NCBI GenBank assembly: GCA_964016885.1
Contig: OZ024757.1
Coordinates: 24,676,001-24,740,000 of the forward strand
Source: Eledone cirrhosa
Taxonomy: Eukaryota
Length of the DNA stretch: 64,000 nt
Direction of reading: 5' to 3'
Shown here: in pieces, positions 14,483 to 28,990 of the stretch
How the letters are laid out: the number at the start of each line of letters is the position of its first letter
Position numbering within the stretch: position 1 is the stretch's first letter
Notes under the pieces: generated by a model
What the model was told of the DNA's origin: nothing
The model's database searches: none
What the model saw: the letters and a program-made list of their open reading frames with translations, nothing else
Translations under genes and position numbers: made by a program

Positions 14483-15787
14483 AAAGTTTCATACACTTAA
14501 CATGTATGTGCGACCATTGGATTCAGGTTCAAATCAAGGCCACCACAGTATAATGGGGGAGGTACTTTTATACTGGCCCTTCCTTTAGGCACATGGACAA
14601 AAGTGTGAAAAGGAAATTGATTATCCCTTTACTAATTCTTCCTCCAAACAGTGGAGATCTTTATATTTGAAATAGGGGCGGCAAATCTGGCTTGAAATCT
14701 GTCCATATACGAATTTATAAAACGTTTCTAGAGTTATTCTGTTCAATGGGTAAGGGAGGCGACTCCTCAATTTATCAGGTACTTTGTAGACAGCTTAATC
14801 ACACATATAACAAATTATTAAGATTTAAGAAACATAGACATACATTTGCATGCACACGTGCGCTCATACATGTATAGCTTTGCACATATCAGTACAGGTA
14901 CATATATATGCACACCTATGCACATATATACATATATGCGTAAACATGCATATTCACTCAAAATTTATGTCTTTATTGGTGTTTCACCTAATTTAAGATG
15001 AGATGTAAAAGGTTACATGTTTATGTGATTGTTGGTTGCAGTGTGATGTTGTAATCTTAATGTCTCTTTCAACATGTTGTTAATCTGTGTATGCATGTGG
15101 CGTGTTTGTTGAGGAGATCTAGGGGTAAAGGCATGGTGGTTTCAGGAGGGTCAGCAAGATGGTGTCTTGCAGTGTAGGCTTCCAGTTTGATAAAAATTGG
15201 GCCTTTTGATGCAAACGTGACTTGAAAATTTCTGTTTTTGAGTTTAGGTAAATATTTGATGACATTGTAAAATCCTGAAGTTCTCACTTAGGCAGAGTGA
15301 ACATTTTTTGCTTCCTTTTTATATGGTGTTGACTTTTTGAGCACTTTCCATGTGATATGTATACATATGTATGTGAGTGGTTTCTGATGGGTGTAGGGAG
15401 ATGACCACAGTTAAAAAAGGTACTGAATACATTAGTAGACTATACCCATCTTTATTTTATATAGAAATGACTTCTACAGGACTAGAACTGTTTCATTCGT
15501 ATGAGATCCTCAAGAAAGTCAGATAAAATTGGTTGGTATCCATCATCATCATCATCATCATCATCGTTTAACGTCCATCTTCTACGCTAGCATAATTCAT
15601 AATTTCTTTGTGATGGATTTTGAGAGGGACAATGGTAGGGGGTGTGAGTGATAGGAGTGGGAGGGAACGGAAAGAGTTGATAGACAATATGGTTATAAAA
15701 CAAGATTTAGATTTAAATCCATGCAGTTCTAAGTTCCTTACATTGGGTGGCTGGTGGTTTCTTACATTTTCTCCACAGATTCCACTT

Positions 15788-16250
15788 ACTCTTCTTCTTC
15801 TTCTTCATCCACTTTATTCCTGGGAGGGTTGTGGGGGAGGGGGCCCGAGTCCTCAAACATACATTCCAGTTGGTTCTATCAGAAGCAACCACCACCAAAT
15901 GACCTGGCTGGATCCCCAACCAAGACCAAACGAGCTCATGGATGTTATCCAACCATCTTGCATGGTCCCTACCCCTGGGTCTCCTACCGGTTGGTTTTTG
16001 CCTATAAAATCTGTCCAGTGATTCTTTCCCGAGACATTCTAACCACATGCCCAAAATATTGGAGCTGTGAACTCTCAATTTGGAGAAGTAGCAGCTCTAC
16101 CCAAAACAACACTTTGATCTTCGAGCTACGCACTCAATCAAGTAACATTACTCCACAGACCCTTCAAAGGAACTCCATTTTGGTCGATTGTATTCTCAAC
16201 CATATTCTTTCAGTCATTACTCAAGATTCATAACCATTGGTAAGGATCTT
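15788..16250 (-). mobile_element. Degenerate RTE-clade LINE 3' fragment (different family, (GAA)n tail)
   Basis: Translates ...KPTGRRPRGR...RWLDNI...LGIQP...VASDRTNW, typical of an RTE C-terminus. Confidence 0.7.
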
Positions 16251-17344
16251 CTGATTACTGAATGCTGAATCTAGCGCGTTACTGGACCAACTTCAGCAAT
16301 TCTTGCATTTAATTCCACAATTGTTTAAATTCCAATTCCGGTTCCAATTGCTTGTGTAGCATAGCATAGCGCTGATGACTACAAAATGGTGAAAAGAGTT
16401 ATAGCATGTGTGCTTTTATGTCCACCATACTATTGCTGTCATATATATAGGATATAAAGAATTCAGAATCTTTTCCTTCTCCTCCTCCACATTTTGCTTA
16501 AGTCATTTGCTCTCTCCTTCACTGTAGAAGCAATCGGCTGTATTTTGACAACAATAGGGGTGTGGTGGGCACCCACGGGATAAACATTCCCCAGATACAT
16601 TGTAACATGGGACTATGAGGCCTTGGAAGGAAAGATATTTGTATATATATATGCTTGGAATAAAACCCTATTATATCGCTTATCGTGTTAATCATCCTTT
16701 TACCTGTTATATATATCTTCAAAATAAGAGGTGCACAGGACAAAGACAATGGTAAGACTGACAGTCCCATCTCAGTCAACATCTAGAAATCACTATGGTT
16801 TCAGCGCATTAAGATTGATACTATTCATTACAGTGCATGTTGGAACAAAATAAAATAGGTAGAGACAAGTTATGGCTTTAGGCGAATTACACAAATATAG
16901 AAGAAAATTATCCCAAGTGCCTCAACTGACAAAGAAGGGAGAGAATGGTGCCAAGGGTTTAACCAAAGGAGAAATAGTAAAACAGAAGAGAATAATATGA
17001 CACTGAGGCATATATGTAAAAAGTAAACAGACATAACAGACCAAACAACACAGTAGAATGAAGAAATATATTAGTTTAACACTTGAAATAATAGCAAAAG
17101 AGTCTTAGCATTTCGGACAGCAGGTCCTCATCAGAAGATAGAATGGTAGTAGTGAGAAGGGGAAGGAATGGAAAAGAAATTTAGAAAAAAACACGTGTAT
17201 TCAGTTTGCCAAGATTATAAATATATATCCTCAAAAACACACACACATATATATATATATCATCTAACTCATGCTAGCATGGAACATGGATGTTAAATGA
17301 TAATGATTATGTTTATGTGTATACATATATATATGTGTATATAT

Positions 17345-17406
<62 letters not shown>

Positions 17407-17705
17407 CTCAAATTTTAACTCTTCTTATTATTAATTTTTCTTAATATTAATCAACATTTGAAAAGATGGCTTTTGCAGACCCATCGAAACCGGTCATTTT
17501 TTATACCCTTTATTATTTCCTTACCTTATAAAATTATATTTTTTTTCACAAAAAAGTATTCTGTCTCTTATATATTCCATGTGCCATTACCAACCTCAAT
17601 TTTCTCTATAACCTTCGTTTTGTGTAGTAAATTACACTTTTCATATATATATATATGTATATATATATGTGTATGTGTGTATATATATATATATATAAAT
17701 AAATA

Positions 17706-18020
17706 TATAATTGGTGTTGGATGCTTAAAATGTCCGTATGCGGTAGGCCGTATGAGCATTGATGCCCTCATAGAGCAGAGTATGATATCACAGAAAAAAG
17801 AGAATCCGTGTTGTGACGAAAGGAATTTATTGGACATATTAAAATCGTTTCTCGGGCGACCAATTGTTTCTCGTAGAATCGAGACGTATCCGAGGACCGC
17901 GCGATTTCAGAGTCAGGTTTGATCACTGTATCGACCATGCCTCGAGCTGGTCGCCCGAGAAACAATTGTAATATGTGTCCAATAAATTCCTTTTGTTGCA
18001 ACACTGATTCTCTTTTTTCT

Positions 18021-18027
<7 letters not shown>
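17706..18027. mobile_element. Fold-back element, copy 2 (opposite orientation to 11338-11700)
   Basis: 17706-17783 is the reverse complement of 11622-11700; arms ~17784-17860 and ~17949-18027. Confidence 0.8.
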
Positions 18028-18056
<29 letters not shown>

Positions 18057-18057
<1 letters not shown>

Positions 18058-18335
18058 TGCTCAAGGTGATGCGTTGTTTCCTTGAGCAAGACACTTTATT
18101 TCACATTGCTCCAGTTTACTCAGCTGTAGAAATGAGATGATAGGGACTGGGGTCCCTATCATTCCACTGTAAAGTGGTCGTGTAGGCGCCACGGCAAAAA
18201 AGCACCAAGCACTCACTGTAAATGAGGTTGGTATTAGGAAGGGAATCCAGCTGTAGATATCAAGCCAGAATCAGTTCCCGTCCCACCCTTGCAAGCAGGG
18301 AAAAGCGGACGTAAAATGATGATGATGAATGATGA
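18057..18335 (+). mobile_element. SINE family A, 5'-truncated
   Basis: CORE-like body and tail as in 213-550. Confidence 0.85.
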
Positions 18336-18716
18336 TATATATATAAGAGATTATAATGGAATATTCCACTCTTAATTTTGGTAATATTTTGCTTTCTTTA
18401 TTGCTTGCCTATATTCAACTATATCCCACCCTTGCAAGCAGGAAAAGATGATGGTGATGATTCAACTGTTGATAATGCCAATGTTCTTGATATATGTTTT
18501 TGTTAAATTCAATCCCTCTTAATAATCCTGATGATACAAACGTGGTTTGTATATTGTGTAAATAATCATTAGTTATAGCTGATTGATTCAATGTTTGTAT
18601 ATGTAAGTGTATGACCTGTATAGAAACGATTGTAGATATTAAAGATAGATTTAATTTAAAAAACCTTGCTTCTCATTACTTTAAATGTGTGTGTGTATGT
18701 GTGTGTATAGATATAT

Positions 18717-18796
<80 letters not shown>

Positions 18797-18830
18797 ATAC
18801 ACATATATAAACACACACACACACATATAT

Positions 18831-19185
18831 ATCATCATCATCATTAACGTTTAACGTCCATGTTCCACGCTTGCATGGGTTTGGACGGGGGTTTTCCCAC
18901 TTGAGGCAAGAGTGATTGTCTTGCTCGCATAGGACTGTCTGGCAGGTTTTCTACAGTTGGATGCCCTTCCTAACACCAACCACATTTACAGTGTGGGTCT
19001 GGGAGGTTTTTACCGTGTTGCCTACACGGCCACATTACAGCGTGGACTGTGTGTTTTTTTGTCGTGACACCTACACGATCTCATTTGTTTCGGCCTGGAT
19101 GGTGTGGCTCCAACATAACTTTACATAGAAGGGGGCGGTGTGGATGGGGAGGTGGGACGGGGGTGTATTTTGTTAGAGATGCCTA
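18831..19185 (-). mobile_element. RTE 3'UTR fragment
   Basis: Reverse complement of ~46680-47040. Confidence 0.88.
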
Positions 19186-19205
19186 CACACACACATATAT
19201 GTCTC

Positions 19206-19241
<36 letters not shown>

Positions 19242-19413
19242 TAGACCAACCCTTATATATATAGACATAGTCCAACCCTTGCAAGCAGGGAAAAGCGGAC
19301 GTAAAATGATGATGATGATGATATATATATATCACAGCTTAAAATGCCCACAATGCCCACACAGAGGCTCTCTATATATATTTATTTGACACACACAGAC
19401 ATTTATATACACA

Positions 19414-19446
<33 letters not shown>

Positions 19447-19529
19447 ATTGTGAAAAAAATGTAGAAAGCAGGCTTTGCTAACATCAAAAATTTTATACAT
19501 GTTATAAAGATTCTTTTTATATATACACT

Positions 19530-19925
19530 AAGTGCACTTTCTGAAATGAAGCAAGCATGCTCCGTTGGATCTGCAATGTCAATGTGTGTGAACGACCAAG
19601 CATAGACGAATTGAGAAAGAAACTGTGTATAAGAGGGATAAGCTATAGTGTGCAGGAGAGAAAACTGCATTGGTATGGACATGTGATGCGCATGGAGGTT
19701 GACTGCTGGGTAAAGAAGTGCCAAGAAATCCCAGTAGAAGGAAGACACAGTAGAGGAAGACCACAAAAATCATGCGCAGAAGTGGTGAGAGCTGACCTCA
19801 GATTGCTGAAGCCCATGTAGATGATGATGATGGACCGTGACGATTGGAGAGATACTGTGCTGAATAGGACCCGTCCCACCCTTGCAAGCAGGGAAAAGCA
19901 GACGTAAAAGGATGACGATGATGAT
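19530..19925 (+). mobile_element. RTE 3' fragment of a second family whose 3' end matches the SINE A tail
   Basis: MLRWICNVNVCERPSIDELRKKL...WYGHVMRM...RGRP, then directly cccgtcccacccttgcaagcagggaaaagcagacgtaaa(gat)n. Confidence 0.85.
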
Positions 19926-20303
19926 ATATATATATATTTATATATATATATATATGTATGTATATATATAAAACACTTTACCCATGCCCGAATACTCCAC
20001 CCCTCACACATCTCCAATTGCCACACACCTCCCTCAGCCACACTGTAAAGTCGTCATGTAAGTGACATAACAAATAGTGCCCAGCCCACACTAAAGTGGT
20101 TGTGTAGGTGACATGACAAAAAGCACCCAGTACATGTGGTTGGGGTTAGGAAGGGTATCCCGCTGTAGAAACCAAGCCAAAATCAGTTTTGTATGACCAA
20201 GACATGGTCATCTGACCTGGCTTGTCTCACAACAGGACAATTCATCTAACTCATGCTAGTATGGAAAAATGGATGTTAAACAGTGATAATGATGATGATT
20301 GTG

Positions 20304-20354
<51 letters not shown>

Positions 20355-20508
20355 TCCATTTTCATTGGCACAAGATGAACACATTGGTACCTGGTATGGC
20401 ACTATTATAGTAACTGGCCTTGATAATCATATTAAAACTTGCCTTAGGGACTTGAGTTGCTCTATATCTCGCATTTTTTCCCATATCATTTGCTACTATA
20501 TATATATA

Positions 20509-20610
20509 GTATTGGCCCAAGCCATGTATAACTTAATAAAGCCACCTGGCCGAATTTTTCAAATCAGGATTTGGACACCATGGCCCACTCGAGTAGAGAG
20601 TTATTGTTTA
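20509..20610 (-). mobile_element. 3' terminal fragment of the CR1-like LINE family
   Basis: Reverse complement matches ~30783-30883. Confidence 0.8.
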
Positions 20611-20616
20611 TGGAGA

Positions 20617-21870
20617 CAGCTGAGCAGTAAAAACATACCACTGACCCTCTGCAGGGAGCAGTCTGTTACTGTCATGTCAGCTGAGCAGTGAAAACATACC
20701 ACTGACCCTCTGCAGGGAGCAGTCTGTTACTGTCATGTGAGCTGAGCAGTGAAAACATACCACTGACCCTCAGCAGGGAGCAGTCTGTTAGTTACTGTGA
20801 TGTCAGCTGAGCAGTGAAATCATACCACTGACCCACAGCAGGGAGCAGTCTGTTACTGTCATCTTAGCTGAGTGAAAACATACCACTGACCCTCAGCAGG
20901 GAGCAGTCTGTTAGTTACTGTGATGTCAGCTGAGCAGTGAAATCATACCACTGACCCACAGAAGGGAGCAATCTGTTAGTTACTGTGATGTCAGCTGAGC
21001 AGTGAAAACATACCACTGACCCACAGCAGGGAGCAGTCTGTTACTGTCATCTTAGCTGAGTGAAAACATACCACTGACCCACAGCAGGGAGCGGTCTGTT
21101 AGTTACTGTCATGTCAGCTGAGCAGTGAAAACATACCACTGACCCGCAGCAGGAAGCAGTCTGTTACTGTAATGTCAGCTGAGCAGTGAAAACATACCAC
21201 TGACCCTCAGCAGGAAGCAGTCTGTTACTGTAATGTCAGCTGAGCAGTGAAAACATACCACTGACCCTCAGCAGGGGGCAGTCTGTTAACTGTCATCTCA
21301 GCTGAGCAGTGAAAACATACCACTGACCCACTGTAGGGAGCAGTCTGTTACTGTAATGTCAGCTGAGCAGTGAAAACATACCACTGACCCTCAGCAGGGG
21401 CAGTCTGTTACTGTAATGTCAGCTGAGCAGTGAAAACATACCACTGACCCTCAGCAGGGGCAGTCTGTTAGTTACTGTCAGCTGAGCAGTGAAAACATAC
21501 CACTGACCCTCAGCAGGGGGCAGTCTGTTAGCTACTGTCATGTCAGCTGAGTAGTAAAAACATACCACAGACCCTCAGCAGGGAGCAGTTTGTTAGTTAC
21601 TGTCAGCTGAGCAGTGAAAACATACCACTGACCCTCAGCAGGGGCAGTCTATTACTGTAATGTCAGCTGAGCAGTGAAAACATACCACAGATCCTCGGCA
21701 GGAGCAGTCTGTTAGTTACTGTCAGCTGAGCAGTGAAAACATACCACTGACCCTCAGCAGGGGGCAGTCTGTTAGCTACTGTCATGTCAGCTGAGCAGTA
21801 AAAACATACCACAGACCCTCAGCAGAGAGCAGTCTGTGACTGTGATGTCATCTCAGCTGAGCAGTAAAAA
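20617..21870. repeat. ~61-bp minisatellite, about 20 copies, in intron 4 of the chitin-binding gene
   Basis: Unit tcagctgagcagtgaaaacataccactgaccctcagcagggagcagtctgttactgtcatg, with indel variants. Confidence 0.95.
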
Positions 21871-21959
21871 AATACACCTCTTGTTTTCAGCAGACTTTTA
21901 GGTTTGAAATCCAGTCTTCTACAGATAGAATGTATTAAAATTTTACTATGGAAACTTAC

Positions 21960-22142
21960 TTGTATGATCACATGTTCGGTTATTTTGGTCCCATATTGTG
22001 TCATTGGCACACTTCATAAGTTGGTAACAGCTTCCTGATTGACACACATAATATTTTGTTTCGTCTTTCACATATTTCATATATTCCCCAACCGTACACT
22101 CTGTGCATTCCTCTTTTGTTGAATTACAGATGCACCATTTAA
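21960..22142 (-). CDS. Exon 4: CBM14/peritrophin-A-like chitin-binding domain
   Basis: Acceptor (ct)n cttcag|TT and donor A|gtaagt; 183 nt, phase 1-1, open frame. Encodes VKWCICNSTKEECTECTVGEYMKYVKDETKLYVCQSGSCYQLMKCANDTIWDQNNRTCDHT, with a ChtBD2-like Y.C...C...T.WD....C pattern. Confidence 0.85.
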
Positions 22143-22221
22143 CTGAAGAGAGAGAGAGAGAGATAGAGTGAGATAGGGTTATATTAAAAATAATAATAAT
22201 GACTACTACTAATAATAATAA

Positions 22222-22640
22222 TAATTGTTTCTACCTTTGGCACAAGGCCAGCAATTACCCAGTACATTACTGGTACTTTATTTTATCGACCCCGTAAGGA
22301 TGAAAGGCAAAGTTAACCTCGGCGGGATTTGAACTCAGAATGTAAAGGGACGTAACTATGCTAGAAAGCATGGCGTCCAACCCTCTACCGATACTGCCAA
22401 TTCACCACCCTTATAATAATAATAATAATGACTACTACTAATAATAATAATTGTTTCTACTTTTGGCACAAGGCCAGCAATTACCCAGTACATTACTGGT
22501 ACTTTATTTTATCGACCCCGTAAGGATGAAAGGCAAAGTTAACCTCGGCGGGATTTGAACTCAGATCATAAAGGGCTGTAACTCTATGCTGCAAAGCATG
22601 GCGTCCGACCCTCTACCGATACTGCCAATCTACCGGCCGT
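22222..22640 (-). mobile_element. Two tandem SINE family B copies
   Basis: Copies at ~22222-22410 and ~22449-22640. Confidence 0.85.
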
Positions 22641-22669
22641 TTACTACTACTACTACTAATAATAATAAT

Positions 22670-23415
22670 AATGCTTTCTTTATTAACCACAAGGGTTTAC
22701 ACAAAGTAGACATTAAGGACAGTACAGGACAATACAGGACGGTACAAAAGGACATTTCTGCGTGTAAAAAAAACAAAAAACAGAGGATGTAATAATAGAA
22801 CAATGAAAAACTTCCCCAATAGGTGGGAGACTTCCAAAGGCCATCGTGGAGAAAGCCCATTAAAAAGCCACGGTGACCCTCACCACCAGGGCAATTGTCC
22901 TCTCCCAGTTTTCCACCTTCAATTTATAGGCATATACTCAGAGTATGTCCACTCACTCGGGCCATTCTTGCCTCTCTCACCCATCTTTCAACAAAAAGCT
23001 GGGAAGAGAGCACCTCCCTTTCTACCCTGATTTTCATTTCAAATGAAATTGGAAAAAGTTAATCAGGGCATCACCGAAGAGGTAAGTGCTCGTCTTCAGC
23101 CCTTTCAGACGTGCCCACCATACTATCTCTTTCGCCATGGCCACCAGATAGATAAAAACTGCCTACCCTTCTCGGCTAAAGGAAGAGGGCGGGGCAATCC
23201 TCACAATGGACTCAGCTGATAGTCGGATCTGTTCTACACGCGACAGAAGGTGTTCGACATAAACCCACAAGTCAGCAATGCATCTCGGACATGCCCGGCT
23301 GATGGCACCTCCATGCCTGTAGAGTTTATCCCGAACTGGCAAAGCTCCTCGGTAGAACTGCCAGGCCAGAGATTTCTGAAAGTTGTCCATAGGCCCCGGC
23401 CTGAAAGTTCTTCCA
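22670..23415 (-). mobile_element. L1/Tx1-like LINE 3' fragment (zinc-knuckle region)
   Basis: Translates KSLAWQFYRGALPVRDKLYRHG...CPRC...LWVYVEHLL, resembling the zf-RVT C-terminus of L1/Tx1 ORF2. Confidence 0.6.
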
Positions 23416-23582
23416 AAGAGATAATAACAACAATAATAATCTTTTTTTTGTTTCAGTTGTTGCTGTGGTGGTGGTGGTGGTATCAGTCGTATTGGATGTA
23501 TTCTTTGACATTGTGGTGGTGGAGATGGCGGCTTTAACACCTGTAAACATTGGTAAAGGTAGGAACTCTGCACGTGGCAAAC

Positions 23583-23693
23583 CTTGGTGACTGCTATTGC
23601 TGCTGCTACTGTTAGTGAAAACGAAATCGGTCTTGGCAACTGTAGCAAGGCTCACAATAGTGCTGGTGGGAGTAGTATGTATGTTAGAAGCTG
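23583..23693 (-). CDS. Putative exon 3 (Ser/Thr-rich)
   Basis: Acceptor tcttctgacag|CA and weak donor AAG|gtttgc; 111 nt, phase 1-1. Encodes AASNIHTTPTSTIVSLATVAKTDFVFTNSSSSNSSHQ. Confidence 0.5.
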
Positions 23694-23988
23694 CTGTCAG
23701 AAGACAGCTGGCTAGATTTGGGTAGGCGAATGTCGTCCATATTTAAAAAAAAAAAAATTGTTTGTTTGACAAAATAAAGTTTAAATTTTGGGCTCAAGGC
23801 CCCAATATTATTGAGTGTCCTTTTCAGAAAGCAATATATGTGAACTTATAAACACTTAATAACAAAAATTTTCCATAACTGGCAATTTGAAACAACTGAA
23901 AACAACAAACATTTGTGGAGTTCATGATAATACGTTTTCCTACAAGTCGCCAATAACAACAACAACAACAATAATAATGATAATAATA

Positions 23989-24297
23989 CAATGGAACCTC
24001 AGTTCACAAACTTAATTCATTCCTGAAGGCTGTTCGTCACCTGAAATGTTTGTAAACCAAAACTATTTTTCTCATACGAAATGTTGAGAGAGAAATACAG
24101 TGAGAGAGAGATTGCATGTGAAAGACATATAGATATCACCTTAGTAACTAACTACACAGTTACGATCTGTTACTGTCGGCTTGCGTGTTTGTTAGTCAAG
24201 ACACCATTTCTAAACAGAGATGCTTTATGTTCAGAAGAATTGTTTGTGAACTGATTTGTGAACTGATGAGAGGCGTTCATGAACTGAGGTTCCACTG
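23989..24297. mobile_element. Tigger/pogo-like MITE
   Basis: TIRs caatggaacctcagttca / tgaactgaggttccactg flanked by TA. Confidence 0.8.
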
Positions 24298-24304
24298 TAA
24301 TAAT

Positions 24305-25278
24305 ATTGTTTCTACTTTTGGCACAAGGCCAATAATTACCCCAGTGCATTACTGGTACTTTATTTTATCGACCTCCTTAAGGATGAAAGGCAAAGTTAAC
24401 CTTGGCGGGATTTGAAATCAGAACATAAAGGGCTGTAACCCTGTGCTGCAAAGCATGGTGTCTGACGCTCAACCGATACTGCCAAACCACTGTAATAATA
24501 ATAATAATGGTACAGCAATGAGTTTAAGGAAAGTCTTGTCTATATAAGACAGAGGAAAGAATACAGTGAGGGAGATTTGTCAACGTGTTGTTCACTGCTC
24601 CCTAACTGAAATATCTAAATCGTTTAACCCTTTAGCATTTACATTACTCCAAATTATATTTTCGTCGTAAAGGCTTTACTTTACATAATTATCTCACATA
24701 ATATTGAATCTATGAAATTTTAATATTATTTATTTTGAGGGCGGTGGATTGGCAGTATCGGTGAAGGGTTGGACGCCTTGCTTTCCAGCATAGTTACATC
24801 ACTTTACGATCTGAGTTCAAATCCCGCCGAGGTTGACTTTGCCTTTCATCCTTACGGGGTCGATAAAATAAAGTACCAGTAATGCACTGGGTAATTGCTG
24901 GCCTTGTGCCTAAAGTTGAAACAATTATTTATTTTGAGAACAATACCTTAACATCAGTATGAGCGGCTGGTTACAACCAGTTTGAACAGAAAGAGGTGAG
25001 AGAATTCTGGTCAGATACGGCTGGTTTACATTTAACACCAAAATCAGAAACCATTATCGGTGGTGGATTGGCAGTATCGGTAGAGCGCCAGACAATATGC
25101 TTTGCAGCATAGAGTTACATCCCTTTACTTTTGAAATTCATATCCCACCAAGGTTAGCTTTCCCTTTTCGTCCTATCAGGGTCGATAAAATAAAGTACCA
25201 GTAATGCACTGGGGTCAGTTTAATCGACTTTCGCCCCTCCCTTACAATTGCTGGCCTTGTGCCAAATGTAGAAAGCAT
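24305..25278. mobile_element. Three SINE family B copies (24305-24492 minus; 24739-24928 plus; 25058-25278 plus)
   Basis: Match to the family consensus. Confidence 0.8.
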
Positions 25279-25294
25279 TAGCTATCGTCCTTAC

Positions 25295-25447
25295 CTGGTT
25301 TGTGAGTGCTGGGAACAGTGGTAACTGCAGGTGATGTCTTATGAGATGGTTCTACACTCGTATGTCTTTTTGTTCCATGTGAACTGTGGTGAGTTGGTCT
25401 CCCAGTTGTGCTTGACTTCTGTGTCTGTGGATGGGCACTTGACTTCA
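25295..25447 (-). CDS. Exon 2 (Ser/Thr/His-rich mucin-like)
   Basis: Branch-like cactgac, acceptor ctgttgaag|TG, donor CAG|gtaagg; 153 nt, phase 1-1. Encodes VKSSAHPQTQKSSTTGRPTHHSSHGTKRHTSVEPSHKTSPAVTTVPSTHKP. Confidence 0.7.
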
Positions 25448-25679
25448 CTTCAACAGTGGAGATATTTATTGTCAGTGATGTGCGTTTGAAAGGATGTGGA
25501 AGTCAAATGTAAAAAGATTGAAAAATAAAACAAAAATAAATAAATAAACAAATAAATAAATAAATAAATAAAATGAAATGAAAAACAAAAAAAAATAGAC
25601 AAAAGACAGAACAACTAAAATAAAATAAATAAAAATTTATAAATATGAAATTTTGAAAGATTTTATTCAAAATTCAGAA

Positions 25680-25990
25680 AACAACAACAGTAACAACAGC
25701 AATGACTACAACAACAACAACAGTAACAACAACAATTACTACAATAACAACAACAGCAGCAACAACAACAACGACTACAACAACAACAACAATGACTACA
25801 ATAATAACAACAACAGCAATAACAACAACAACAGCAATAATAACAACAGCAATAACAACAACAACAATGGCTACAACGACGACAACAACAACTACAACAA
25901 CGACTACAATAACAACAACAACAACACTAACAACAACAACAACAACAATAGTAACAACAGCAACGACTACAACAACAACAACAACAGCAC
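25680..25990. repeat. (AAC)n-type trinucleotide repeat
   Basis: Direct reading. Confidence 0.95.
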
Positions 25991-26675
25991 CAGAATTAAC
26001 CCCCTTTGTTCACAAACATAAACATCTAACTTTGTAACACCGAGATATGAATTTCAATGTTAAAATCGTACTCATACCCATTCAGGGTTCCTAATTAAAG
26101 CCTATACTTTCTTGTGAGCCTCTGAGGAGCCCAACTTGGGCGTAACATGTGCAAGAGCTTCTTATAAATATATTTTAACGGTAAAATAATTTGATTTAAT
26201 TTTATAATATTATGAGTTGGTAGATCTAGTAACTTCTTTGTTAACTTCGGTGGGAAGAATTTTAAAGATTCCTGGTTAACTTTCTTGTAGAACTTTCTCA
26301 CATTGCTTAACAAAGAACTTACTACCGATACTGCCAACTCATAATATTATAATATTATAAAATTAAATCAAATTATTTACAACTACAAGTGAAGTCATTC
26401 TTTTCCTTTTTTTTTCAAATATACCTAACTGTACCAATGATCTCACACATTCTCCAATATATATATATATAAACATATATATATATATATATATAAACAT
26501 ATATATATAAACATATATATATACATATATATATACATATATACATGTACATATATATATACATATATATATATACATATATATACACATATATATATAT
26601 ATATATACATATATCATATATATATACATATATACATATATACATATATATATACATATATATATATATACATAC

Positions 26676-26708
<33 letters not shown>

Positions 26709-26721
26709 CATATATATATAC

Positions 26722-26770
<49 letters not shown>

Positions 26771-26785
26771 CATATATATATATAC

Positions 26786-26840
<55 letters not shown>

Positions 26841-26844
26841 CATA

Positions 26845-27451
26845 TGAAAAAATGGGGAGAAGAATACTGCAGGTTGCACATGGATAACATGTAATAAAAT
26901 AAGTCCCTCATCAGTGATTTGCCAACGATCATAGATATTTCATTGCATTAAAAATCATATACCTCACGTCGGTGGAATAATAACTAAATTAAGTTATTAG
27001 GACAATTAAAACGCGTAAAGCGAGTGAGACAAGATAACAACAAAGAGGAGAGCTAACCGTAGAAGGAAGGGAACAAGCCTCATAGTTATTCTGTTAGCAT
27101 AAGCTAGGTGAATATATGAGCGCTTAGAAAAAAGACCTTTCGGGAACGAATCCAAATGTGAGAAAGAGAGAAAATGTTTTCGTCGCGAACGGGGTGAAGT
27201 TAGAAGAGGAGAAACAGTGAGTGAGTGAGTGGAAGTGTGAGGAAGAGTTAACTGACATGACAGAGGGGGCGAAAGAAAGTAGGAGAAACAGAGAGAACGA
27301 GGGAGCAGTAAGAGAGAGAGAGAGGAAAAACAGAATCGCAGTTTAGGTAAATATATGTGAAAAAATGGGGAGAAGAATACTGCAGGTTGCACATGGATAA
27401 CATGTAATAAAATAAGTCCCTCATCAGTGATTTGCCGACGATCATAGATAT
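26845..27451. repeat. ~95-bp direct repeats flanking ~415 bp; carries CTGATGA on the minus strand (possible Penelope pseudo-LTR relic)
   Basis: tgaaaaaatggggagaagaatactgc...tcatagatattt at 26845-26940 and ~27358-27452. Confidence 0.6.

Positions 27452-28990
<1,539 letters not shown>

Noticed and set aside
15069-15287. 72-aa minus-strand ORF inside intron 4
   Set aside because: No usable splice sites or recognisable motif.
20617-21870. CRISPR-like regular repeat
   Set aside because: No unique spacers, eukaryotic context and no cas genes; it is a tandem minisatellite.
25653-26037. Poly-Asn and poly-Thr ORFs
   Set aside because: (AAC)n microsatellite in intron 1, antisense to the gene.
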